A model generated the notes under the pieces. That model was not told the origin of the DNA and ran no database searches. It saw only the letters and a list, made by a program, of their open reading frames with translations. The position numbers and the translations under genes are program-made. A stretch of 64,000 nt of DNA. Source: the human T2T-CHM13v2.0 reference genome, Homo sapiens. Positions 52,901 to 64,000 of this stretch are shown one piece after another. The stretch lies in the NCBI RefSeq assembly GCF_009914755.1, contig NC_060943.1; one strand, written 5' to 3'. Every line of letters begins with the position of its first letter. The first letter of the stretch is position 1.

Positions 52901-55900
52901 TGATGTGTTCGTTCAACTCACAGAGTTTAACCTTTCTGTTCATAGAGCAGTTAGGAAACACTCTGTTTGTAAAGTCTGTAAGTGGATATTCTGACATCTT
53001 GTGGCCTTCGTTGGAAACGGGATTTCTTCATATTCTGCTAGACAGAAGAATTCTCAGTAACTTCTTTGTGTTGTGTGTATTCAACTCACAGAGTTGAACG
53101 ATCCTTTACACAGAGCAGACTTGAAACACTCTTTTTGTGGAATTTGCAAGTGGAGTTTTCAGCCGCTTTGAGGTCAATGGTAGAATAGTTAACATCTTCC
53201 TATAGAAACTAGACAGAATGATTCTCAGAAACTCCTTTGTGATGTGTGCGTTCAACTCACGGAGTTTAACCTTTCTTTTCATAGAGCAGTTAGGAAACAC
53301 TCTGTTTGTAAAGTCTGCAAGTGGATATTCAGACCTCTTTGAGGCCTTCGTTGGAAACGGGATTTCTTCATATTCTGATAGACAGAAGAATTCTCAGTAA
53401 CTTCCTTGTGTTGTGTGTATTCAACTCACAGAGTTGAACGATCCTTTACACAGAGCAGTCTTGAAACACTCTTTTTGTGGAATTTGCAATTGGAGATTTC
53501 TGCCGCTTTGAGGTCAATGGTAGAATAGGAAATATCTTCCTATAGAAACTAGACAGAATGATTCTCAGAAACTCCTTTGTGATGTGGGCGTTCAACTCAC
53601 AGAGTTTAACCTTTCTTTTCATAGAGCAGTTAGGAAACACTCTGTTTGTAACGTCTGCACGTGGATATTTGGATTTCTTTGAGGCCTTCGTTGGAAACGG
53701 GTTTTTTTCATGTAAGGCTAGACACAGGAATTCTCAGTAACTTCCTTGTGTTGTGTGTATTCAACTGACAGAGTTGAACTTTCATTTAGAGAGAGCAGAT
53801 TTGAAACACTGTTTTTGTGGAATTTGCAAGTGGAGATTTCAAGGGCTTTGAGGCCAAATGCAGAAAAGGAAATATCTCCGTATAAAAACTAGACAGAGTC
53901 ATTCTCAGAAACTGCTCTGTGATGTGTGCGTTCAACTCTCAGAGTTTAACTTTTCTTTTCATTCAGCAGTTTGGAAACACTCTGTTTGTAAAGTTTGCAC
54001 GTGGACATTGTGACCACTTAGAGGCCTTCGTTGGAAACGGGTTTTTTTCATGTAAGGCTAGACAGAAGAATTCCCAGTAACTTCCTTGTGTTGTGTGCAG
54101 TCAACTCACAGAGATGAACGTTCCCTTAGACAGAGCAGATTTGAAACACTCTATTTGTGCAATTTGCAAGTGTAGATTTCAAGCGCTTTAAGGTCAATGG
54201 CAGAAAAGGAAATATTTTCGTTTCAAAACTAGACAGAATCATTCCCACAAACTGCGTTGTGATGTGTTCATTCAACTCACAGAGTTTAACCATTCTTTTC
54301 ATAGAGCGGTTAGGAAACACTCTGTTTATAAAGTCTGCAAGTGGATATTCAGACCTTTTGAGGCCTTCGTTGGAAACGGGATTTCTTCATATGATGCTAG
54401 ACAGAAGAATTCTCAGTAACTTCCTTGTGTTGTGTGTATTCAACTCACAGAGTTGAACGATCCTTTACACAGAGCAGTCTTGAAACACTCTTTTTGTGGA
54501 ATTTGCAAGTGGAGATTTCTGACGCTTTGAGGTCAATGGTAGAATAGGAAATATCTTCCTATAGAAACTAGACAGAATGATTCTCAGAAACTCCTTTGTG
54601 ATGTGGGCGTTCAACTCACAGAGTTTAACCTTTCTTTTCATAGAGCAGTTAGGAAACACTCTGTTTGTAACGTCTGCACGTGGATATTTGGACTTCTTTG
54701 AGGTCTTCGTTGGAAACGGGTTTTTTTCATGTAAGGCTAGACAGAGGAATTCTCAGTAACTTCCTTGTGTTGTGTGTATTCAACTGACAGAGTTGAACTT
54801 TCATTTAGAGAGAGCAGATTTGAAACACTGTTTTTGTGGAATTTGCAAGTGGAGATTTCAAGCGCTTTGGGGCCAAATGCAGAAAAGGAAATATCTCCGT
54901 ATAAAAACTAGACAGAGTCATTCTCAGAAACTGCTCTGTGATGTGTGCGTTCAACTCTCAGAGTTTAACTTTTCTTTTCATTCAGCAGTTTGGAAACACT
55001 CTGTTTGTAAAGTTTGCACGTGGACATTGTGACCACTTAGAGGCCTTCTTTGGAAACGGGTTTTTTTCATGTAAGGCTAGACAGAAGAATTCCCAGTAAC
55101 TTCCTTGTGTTTTGTGCATTCAACTCACAGAGATGAACGTTCCCTTAGACAGAGCAGATTTGAAACACTCTATTTGTGCAATTTGCAAGTGTAGATTTCA
55201 AGCGCTTTAAGGTCAATGGCAGAAAAGGAAATATTTTCGTTTCAAAACTAGACAGAATCATTCCCACAAACTGCGTTGTGATGTGTTCGTTCAACTCACA
55301 GAGTTTAACCTTTCTGTTCATAGAGCAGTGAGGAAACTCTCTGTTTGTAAAGTCTGTAAGTGGATATTCTGACATCTTGTGGCCTTCGTTGGAAACGGGA
55401 TTTCTTCATATTCTGCTAGACAGAAGAATTCTCAGTAACTTCTTTGTGTTGTGTGTATTCAACTCACAGAGTTGAACGATCCTTTACACAGAGCAGACTT
55501 GAAACACTCTTTTTGTGGAATTTGCAAGTGGAGATTTCAGCCGCTTTGAGGTCAATGGTAGAATAGGAAATATCTTCCTATAGAAACTAGACAGAATGAT
55601 TCTCAGAAACTCCTTTGTGATGTGTGCGTTCAACTCACAGAGTTTAACCTTTCTTTTCATAGAGCAGTTAGGAAACACTCTGTTTGTAAAGTCTGCAAGT
55701 GGATATTAAGACCTCTTTGAGGCCTTCGTTGGAAACGGGATTTCTTCATATTCTGCTAGACAGAAGAATTCTCAGTAACTTCCTTGTGTTGTGTGTATTC
55801 AACTCACAGAGTTGAACGATCCTTTACACAGAGCAGTCTTGAAACACTCTTTTTGTGGAATTTGCAAGTGGAGATTTCTGCCGCTTTGAGGTCAATGGTA

Positions 55901-57464
55901 GAATAGGAAATATCTTCCTATAGAAACTAGACAGAATGATTCTCAGAAACTCCTTTGTGATGTGTGCGTTCATCTCACAGAGTTTAACCTTTCTTTTCAT
56001 AGAGCAGTTAGGAAACGCTCTGTTTGTAAAGTCTGCACGTGGATATTTGGACTTCTTTGAGGCCTTCGTTGGAAACGGGATTTTTTCATGTAAGGCTAGA
56101 CGTAGGAATTCTCAGTAACTTCCTTGTGTTGTGTGTATTCAACTGACAGAGTTGAACTTTCATTTAGAGAGAGCAGATTTGAAACACTGTTTTTGTGGAA
56201 TTTGCAAGTGGAGATTTCAAGCGCTTTGGGGCCAAAGGCAGAAAAGGAAATACCTTCGTATAAAAACTAGACAGAATCATTCTCAGAAACCGCTCTGTGA
56301 TGTGTGCGTTCAACTCGCAGAGTTTAACTTTTCTTTTCATTCAGCAGTTTGGAAACACTCTGTTTGTAAAGTCTGCACGTGGATATTTTGACCACTTAGA
56401 GGCCTTCGTTGGAAACGGGTTTTTTTTCATGTAAGGCTAGACAGAAGAATTCCCAGTAACTTCCTTGTGTTGTGTGCATTCAACTCACAGAGATGAACGT
56501 TCCCTTAGACAGAGCAGATTTGAATCACTCTATTTGTGCAATTTGCAAGTGTAGATTTCAAGCGTTTTAAGGTCAATGGCAGAAAAGGAAATATCTTCGT
56601 TTCAAAACTAGACAGAATCATTCCCACAAACTACGTTGTGATGTGTTCGTTCAACTCACAGAGTTTAACCTTTCTGTTCATAGAGCAGTGAGGAAACACT
56701 CTGTTTGTAAAGTCTGTAAGTGGATATTCTGACATCTTTTGGCCTTCGTTGGAAACGGGATTTCTTCATATTCTGCTAGACAGAAGAATTCTCAGTAACT
56801 TCTTTGTGTTGTGTGTATTCAACTCACAGAGTTGAACGATCCTTTACACAGAGCAGACTTGAAACACTCTTTTTGTGGAATTTGCAAGTGGAGATTTCAG
56901 CCGCTTTGAGGTCAATGGTAGAATAGGAAATATCTTCCTATAGAAACTAGACAGAATGATTCTCAGAAACTCCTTTGTGATGTGTGCGTTCAACTCACAG
57001 AGTTTAACCTTTATTTCATAGAGCAGTTAGGAAACACTCTGGTTGTAAAGTCTGCAAGTGGATATTAAGACCTCTTTGAGGCCTTCGTTGGAAAAGGGAT
57101 TTCTTCATATTTTGCTAGACAGAAGAATTCTCAGTAACTTCCTTGTGTTGTGTGTATTCAACTCACAGAGTTGAACGATCCTTTACACAGAGCAGTCTTG
57201 AAACACTCTTTTTGTGGAATTTGCAAGTGGAGATTTCTGCCGCTTTGGGGCCAAAGGCAGAAAAGGAAATATCTTCGTATAAAAACTAGACAGAATCATT
57301 CTCAGAAACCGCTCTGTGATGTGTGCGTTCAACTCTCAGAGTTTAACTTTTCTTTTCATTCAGCAGTTTGGAAACACTCTGTTTGTAAAGTCTGCACGTG
57401 GATATTTTGACCACTTAGAAGCCTTCGTTGGAGACGGGTTTTTTTCATGTAAGGCTAGACAGAA

Positions 57465-59503
57465 GAATTCCCAGTAACTTCCTTGTGTTGTGTGTATTCA
57501 ACTCACAGAGTTCAACGATCCTTTACAGAGAGCAGACTTGAAACACTCTTTTTGTGGAATTTGCAAGTGGAGATTTCAGCCGCTTTGAGGTCAATGGTAG
57601 AAAAGGAAACATCTTCGTATAAAAACTAGACAGAATGATTGTCAGAAACTCCTTTGTGATGTGTGCGTTCAACTCACAGAGTTTAACCTTTCTTTTCATA
57701 GAGCAGTTAGGAAACACTGTGTTGTTAAAGTCTGCAAGTGGATATTCAGACCTCCTTGAGGCCTTCGTTGGAAATGGGATTTCTTCATATTCTGCTAGAC
57801 AGAAGAATTCTCAGTAACTTCCTTGTGTTGTGTGTATTCAACTCACAGATTTGAACGATCCTTTACACAGAGCATACTTGAAACACTCTTCTTGTGGAAT
57901 TTGCAAGTGGAGATTTCAGCCGCTTTGAGGTCCATGGTAGAATAGGAAATATCTTCCTATAGAAACTAGACAGAATGATTCTCAGAAACTCCTTTGTGAT
58001 GTGTGCGTTCAACTCACAGAGTTTAACCTTTCTTTTCATAGAGCAGTTAGGAAACACTCTGTTTATAAAGTCTGCAAGTGCATATTCAGACCTCCTTGAG
58101 GCCATCTTTGGAAACAGGATTTTTTCATATTATGCTAGACAGAAGAATTCTCAGTAACTTCCTTGTGTTGTGTGTATTCAACTCACAGAGTTGAACGATC
58201 CTTTACACAGAGCAGACTTGAAACACTCTTTCTGTGGAATTTGCAAGTGGAGATTTCAGCCGCTTTGAGGTCAATGGTAGAATAGGAAATATCTTCCTAT
58301 AGAAACTAGACAGAATGATTCTCAGAAACTCCTTTGTGATGTGTGCGTTCAACTCACAGAGTTTAACCTTTCTTTTCATAGAGCAGTTAGGAAACACTCT
58401 GTTTGTAAAGACTGCAAGTGGATATTCAGACCTCCTTGAGGCCTTCGTTGGAAACGGGATTTCTTCATATTATGCTAGACAGAAGAATTCTCAGTGACTT
58501 CCTTGTGTTGTGTGTATTCAACTCACAGAGTTGAACGATCCTTTACACAGAGCAGACTTGAAACACTCTTTTTGTGGAATTTGCAAGTGGAGATTTCAGC
58601 CGCTTTGAGGTCAATGGTAGAATAGGAAATATCTTCCTATAGAAACTAGACAGAATGATTCTCAGAAACTCCTTTGTGATGTGTGCGTTCAACTCACAGA
58701 GTTTAACCTTTCTTTTCATAGAGCAGTTAGGAAACACTCTGTTTGTAAAGTCTGCAAGTGGATATTCAGAACTCTTTGAGGTCTTCGTTGGAAACGGGAT
58801 TTCTTCATATTCTGCTAGACAGAAGAATTCTGAGTAACTTCCTTGTGTTGTGTGTATTCAACTCACAGAGTTCAACGATCCTTTACACAGAGCAGACTTG
58901 AAACACCCTTTTGTGGAATTTGCAAGTGGAGATTTCAGCCGCTTTGAGGTCAATTGTAGAAAACGAAATATCTTCGTATAAAAATTAGACAGAATGATTC
59001 TCAGAAACTCCTTTGTGATGTGTGCATTCAACTCACAGAGTTTAACCATTCTTTTCATAGAGCAGTTAGGAAACACTCTGTTTGTAAAGACTGCAAGTGG
59101 ATATTCAGACCTCCTTGAGGCCTTCGTTGGAAACGGGACTTCTTCATATTATGCTACACAGAAGAATTCTCAGTAACTTCCTTGTGTTGTGTGTATTCAA
59201 CTCACAGAGTTGAACGATCCTTTACACAGAACATACTTGAAACACTCTTTTTGTGGAATTTGCAAGTGGAGATTTCAGCCGCTTTGAGGTCAATGGTAGA
59301 ATAGGAAATATCTTCCTATAGAAACTAGACAGAATGATTCTCAGAAACTCCTTTGTGATGTGTGCGTTCAACTCACAGAGTTTAACCTTTCTTTTCATAG
59401 AGCAGTTAGGAAACACTCTGGTTGTAAAGTCTGCAAGTGGATATTCAGACCTCTTTGAGGCCTTCGTTGGAAACGGGATTTCTTCATATTCTGCTAGACA
59501 GAA
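57465..59503 (+). repeat. Run of six diverged D-type dimers (copy 2; extra dimer at 57805-58144)
   Basis: Same variants in the same order as 45233-46931. The offset steps from 12232 to 12572 across one additional dimer. Confidence 0.88.
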
Positions 59504-62500
59504 CAATTCTCAGTAACTTCCTTGTGTTGTGTGTATTCAACTCACAGAGTTGAACGATCCTTTACACAGAGCAGTCTTGAAACACTCTTTTTGTGGAATT
59601 TGCAAGTGGAGATTTCTGCCGCTTTGAGGTCAATGGTAGAATAGGAAATATCTTCCTATAGAAACTAGACAGAATGATTCTCAGAAACTCCTTTGTGATG
59701 TGGGCGTTCAACTCACAGAGTTTAACCTTTCTTTTCATAGAGCAGTTAGGAAACACTCTGTTTGTAAAGTCTGCAAGTGGATACTTGGACTTCTTTGAGG
59801 CCTTCGTTGGAAACGGGTTTTTTTCATGTAAGGCTAGACAGAAGAATTCTCAGTAACTTCCTTGTGTGGTGTGTATTCAACTGACAGAGTTGAACTTTCA
59901 TTTAGAGAGAGCAGATTTGAAACACTGTTTTTGTGGAATTTGCAAGTGGAGATTTCAAGCGCTTTGGGGCCAAAGGCAGAAAAGGAAATATCTTCGTATA
60001 AAAACTAGACAGAATCATTCTCTGAAACTGCTCTGTGATGTGTGCGTTCAACTCTCAGAGTTTAACTTTTCTTTTCATTCAGCAGTTTGGAAACACTCTG
60101 TTTGTAAAGTCTGCACGTGGATATTTTGACTACTTAGAGGCCTTCGTTGGAAACGGGTTTTTTTCATGTAAGGCTAGACAGAAGAATTCCCAGTAACTTC
60201 CTTGTGTTGTGTGCATTCAACTCACAGAGATGAACGTTCCCTTAGACAGAGCAGATTTGAAACACTCTATTTGTGCAATTTGCAAGTGTAGATTTCAAGC
60301 GCTTTAAGGTCAATGGCAGAAAAGGAAATATCTTCGTTTCAAAACTAGACAGAATCATTCCCACAAACTGCGTTGTGATGTGTTCGTTCAACTCACAGAG
60401 ATTAACCTTTCTGTTCATAGAGCAGTGAGGAAACACTCTGTTTGTAAAGTCTGTAAGTGGATATTCTGACATCTTGTGGCCTTCGTTGGAAACGGGATTT
60501 CTTCATATTCTGCTAGACAGAAGAATTCTCAGTAACTTCTTTGTGTTGTGTGTATTCAACTCACAGAGTTGAACGATCCTTTACACAGAGCAGACTTGAA
60601 ACACTCTTTTTGTGGAATTTGCAAGTGGAGATTTCAGCCGCTTTGAGGTCAATGGTAGAATAGGAAATATCTTCCTATAGAAACTAGACAGAATGATTCT
60701 CAAAAACTCCTTTGTGAGGTGTGCGTTCAACTCACAGAGTTTAACCTTTCTTTTCATAGAGCAGTTAGGAAACACTCTGTTTGTAAAGTCTGCACGTGGA
60801 TATTTGGACTTCTTTGAGGCCTTCGTTGGAAACGGGTTTTTTTCATGTAAGGCTAGACAGAAGAATTCTCAGTAACTTCCTTGTGTTGTGTGTATTCAAC
60901 TCACAGAGTTGAACTTTCATTTAGAGAGAGCAGATTTGAAACACTGTTTCTGTGGAATTTCCAAGTGGAGATTTCAAGCGCTTTGGGGCCAAAGGCAGAA
61001 AAGGAAATATCTTCGTATAAAAACTAGACAGAATCATTCTCAGAAACCGCTCTGTGATGTGTGCGTTCAACTCTCAGAGTTTAACCTTTCTTTTCATAGA
61101 GCAGTTAGGAAACACTCTGTTTGTAAAGTCTGCACGTGGATATTTTGACCACTTAGAGGCCTTCGTTGGAAACGGGTTTTTTTCATGTAAGGCTAGACAG
61201 AAGAATTCCCAGTAACTTCCTTGTGTTGTGTGCATTCAACTCACAGAGATGAACGTTCCCTTAGACAGAGCAGATTTGAAACACTCTATTTGTGCAATTT
61301 GCAAGTGTAGATTTCAAGCGCTTTAAGGTCAATGGCAGAAAAGGAAATATCTTCGTTTCAAAACTAGACAGAATCATTCCCACAAACTGCGTTGTGATAT
61401 GTTCGTTCAACTCACAGAGATTAACCTTTCTGTTCATAGAGCAGTGAGGAAACACTCTGTTTGTAAAGTCTGTAAGTGGATATTCTGACATCTTGTGGCC
61501 TTCGTTGGAAACGGGATTTCTTCATATTCTGCTAGACAGAAGAATTCTCAGTAACTTCTTTGTGTTGTGTGTATTCAACTCACAGAGTTGAACGATCCTT
61601 TACACAGAGCAGACTTGAAACACTCTTTTTGTGGAATTTGCAAGTGGAGATTTCAGCCGCTTTGAGGTCAATGGTAGAATAGGAAATATCTTCCTATAGA
61701 AACTAGACAGAATGATTCTCAGAAACTCCTTTGTGATGTGTGCGTTCAACTCACAGAGTTTAACCTTTCTTTTCATAGAGCAGTTAGGAAACACTCTGTT
61801 TGTAAAGTCTGCAAGTGGATATTAAGACCTCTTTGAGGCCTTCGTTGGAAACGGGATTTCTTCATATTCTGCTAGACAGAAGAATTCTCAGTAACTTCCT
61901 TGTGTTGTGTGTATTCAACTCACAGAGTTCAACGATCCTTTACACAGAGCAGTCTTGAAACACTCTTTTTGTGGAATTTGCAAGTGGAGATTTCTGACGC
62001 TTTGAGGTCAATGGTAGAATAGGAAATATCTTCCTATAGAAACTAGACAGAATGATTCTCAGAAACTCCTTTGTGATGTGTGCGTTCAACTCACAGAGTT
62101 TAACCTTTCTTTTCATAGAGCAGTTAGGAAACACTCTGTTTGTAAAGTCTGCACGTGGATATTTGGACTTCTTTGAGGCCTTCGTTGGAAACGGGTTTTT
62201 TTCATGTAAGGCTAGACGGAGGAATTCTCAGTAACTTCCTTGTGTTGTGTGTATTCAACTGACAGAGTTGAACTTTCATTTAGAGAGAGGAGATTTGAAA
62301 CACTGTTTTTGTGGAATTTGCAAGTTTAGATTTCAAGCGCTTTGGGGCCAAAGGCAGAAAAGGAAATATCTTCGTATAAAAACTAGACAGAATCATTCTC
62401 AGAAACTGCTCTGTGATGTGTGCGTTCAACTCTCAGAGTTTAACTTTTCTTTTCATTCAGCAGTTTGGAAACACTCTGTTTGTAAAGTCTGCACGTGGAT

Positions 62501-64000
62501 ATTTTGACCACTTAGAGGCCTTCGTTGGAAACGGGTTTTTTCATGTAAGACTAGACAGAAGAATTCCCAGTAACTTCCTTGTGTTGTGTGCATTCAACTC
62601 ACAGAGATGAACGTTCCCTTAGACAGAGCAGATTTGAAACACTCTATTTGTGCAATTTGCAAGTGTAGATTTCAAGCGCTTTAAGGTCAATGGCAGAAAA
62701 GGAAATATCTTCGTTTCAAAAGTAGACAGAATCATTCCCACAAACTGCGTTGTGATGTGTTCGTTCAACTCACAGAGTTTAACCTTTCTGTTCATAGAGC
62801 AGTTAGGAAACACTCTGTTTGTAAAGTCTGTAAGTGGATATTCTGACATCTTGTGGCCTTCGTTGGAAACGGGATTTCTTCATATTCTGCTAGACAGAAG
62901 AATTCTCAGTAACTTCTTTGTGTTGTGTGTATTCAACTCACAGAGTTGAACGATCCTTTACACAGAGCAGACTTGAAACACTCTTTTTGTGGAATTTGCA
63001 AGTGGAGATTTCAGCCGCTTTGAGGTCAATGGTAGAATAGGAAATATCTTCCTATAGAAACTAGACAGAATGATTCTCAGAAACTCCTTTGTGATGTGTG
63101 CGTTCAACTCACAGAGTTTAACCTTTCTTTTCATAGAGCAGTTAGGAAACACTCTGTTTGTAAAGTCTGCACTTGGACATTTGGACTTCTTTGAGGCCTT
63201 CGTTGGAAACGGGTTTTTTCATGTAAGGCTAGACAGAAGAATTCTCAGTAACTTCCTTGTGTTGTGTGTATTCAACTCACAGAGTTGAACTTTCATTTAG
63301 AGAGAGCAGATTTGAAACACTGTTTTTGTGGAATTTCCAAGTGGAGATTTCAAGCGCTTTGGGGCCAAAGGCAGAAAAGGAAATATCTTCGTATAAAAAC
63401 TAGACAGAATCATTCTCAGAAACCGCTCTGTGATGTGTGCGTTCAACTCTCAGAGTTTAACTTTTCTTTTCATTCAGCAGTTTGGAAACACTCTGTTTGT
63501 AAAGTCTGCACGTGGATATTTTGAACACTTAGAGGCCTTCGTTGGAAACGGGTTTTTTTCATATAAGGCTAGACAGAAGAATTCCCAGTAACTTCCTTGT
63601 GTTGTGTGCATTCAACTCACAGAGATGAACGTTCCCTTAGACAGAGCAGATTTGAAACACTCTATTTGTGCAATTTGCAAGTGTAGATTTCAAGCGCTTT
63701 AAGGTCAATGGCAGAAAAGGAAATATCTTCGTTTCAAAACTAGACAGAATCATTCCCACAAACTGCGTTGTGATGTGTTCGTTCAACTCACAGAGTTTAA
63801 CCTTTCTGTTCATAGAGCAGTTAGGAAACACTCTGTTTGTAAAGTCTGTAAGTGGATATTCTGACATCTTGTGGCCTTCGTTGGAAACGGGATTTCTTCA
63901 TATTCTGCTAGACAGAAGAATTCTCAGTAACTTCTTTGTGTTGTGTGTATTCAACTCACAGAGTTGAACGATCCTTTACACAGAGCAGACTTGAAACACT

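Larger units (their letters stand above)
32250..61150 (+). repeat. Large imperfect tandem duplication: copy 1 ~32250-48560, copy 2 ~48560-61150
   Basis: Collinear rare variants at stepwise offsets 16313, 17671, 10872, 12231/12232 and 12572. ORF pairs 32716/49029, 34784/52455, 43254/54126, 44918/57150, 46286/58858 and 48316/60888. Confidence 0.87.
333..63892 (+). promoter_or_regulatory. CENP-B boxes, one per dimer at ~340 bp spacing across the window
   Basis: CTTCGTTGGAAACGGGA (e.g. 672-688, 63876-63892) in B and D dimers, and CTTCGTTGGAAACGGGT (e.g. 333-349) in A and C dimers. Both keep the established core NTTCGNNNNANNCGGGN. A minority are mutated (see findings). Binding itself is not shown by sequence. 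Confidence 0.95.
1..64000 (+). repeat. Centromeric alpha-satellite higher-order repeat array, dimeric SF1 type, probably human D1Z7/D5Z2/D19Z3 (S1C1/5/19H1L)
   Basis: Seen: a continuous ~170 bp monomer / ~340 bp dimer periodicity with alphoid motifs (ATTCTCAGAAACT, TTCAACTCACAGAGTT, GAAACACTCT, TTTGCAAGTGGA), and a CENP-B box in every second monomer. All ORF-track repeats are offset by multiples of ~340 bp. Knowledge: the D dimer (GAATTCTCAGTAACTTCCTTGTGTTG...GAACGATCCTTTACACAGAGC...GGTCAATGGTAGAATAGG) matches my recollection of the classic human 340 bp EcoRI dimer, and a 6-mer with dimer expansions is the chr1/5/19 HOR. The alpha-satellite call is near certain; the exact array name is less so (about 0.85). 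Confidence 0.99.

Noticed and set aside
60-63967. Hundreds of 60-123 aa ORFs on both strands (e.g. MFPNCSMKRKVKLCELNAH..., MCIQLTELNFHLER...)
   Set aside because: They are translations of the satellite monomers, recur at the ~340 bp period, overlap on both strands, often use non-ATG starts and gain or lose stops at random. I recognise no protein domain in them.
1-64000. CRISPR-like array (conserved motif at regular spacing)
   Set aside because: The sequence between motifs is itself repeated rather than unique spacers, the period is 170/340 bp, and there are no cas genes.
1-64000. LINE-1/Alu insertion, inversion or hidden foreign segment
   Set aside because: All anchor spacings stay within a few bp of multiples of 340, including across ORF-track gaps (2425-2945, 44160-44918, 56391-57150). 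CENP-B boxes are always on the + strand, and I saw no poly-A tail or target-site duplication.
1-64000. Claim that this window is the kinetochore site (CENP-A domain / centromere dip region)
   Set aside because: That is defined epigenetically and cannot be read from sequence; it needs methylation or CENP-A mapping data.

Overview
The whole 64 kb is one uninterrupted, single-orientation array of primate (most likely human) centromeric alpha-satellite DNA. It is built from ~170 bp monomers paired into ~340 bp dimers, with one CENP-B box and usually one EcoRI site per dimer. This is the dimeric suprachromosomal family 1 (SF1) pattern, and the sequence looks like the chr1/5/19 shared HOR (D1Z7/D5Z2/D19Z3; S1C1/5/19H1L). 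I found no genes, RNA genes, transposons, CRISPR arrays or foreign insertions; the ORF track only reflects the repeat. Four dimer types can be told apart, which I label A, B, D and C, arranged as A-B-(D)n-C. The 45 intervals between A anchors comprise 24 8-mers (~1359 bp), 14 6-mers (~1019 bp), 3 10-mers (~1700 bp) and 4 longer irregular units. The real structure lies in the variants: a 16.3 kb tandem duplication with its junction at ~48.56 kb, nested 2.7, 3.7, 4.1 and 4.4 kb duplications, a homogeneous recently expanded block at 9.8-20.6 kb, chimeric dimers, runs of diverged dimers, and a cluster of broken CENP-B boxes. I see no evidence for a previously undescribed biological system. All comparisons were made by eye from diagnostic variants and ORF-track offsets, not by alignment.
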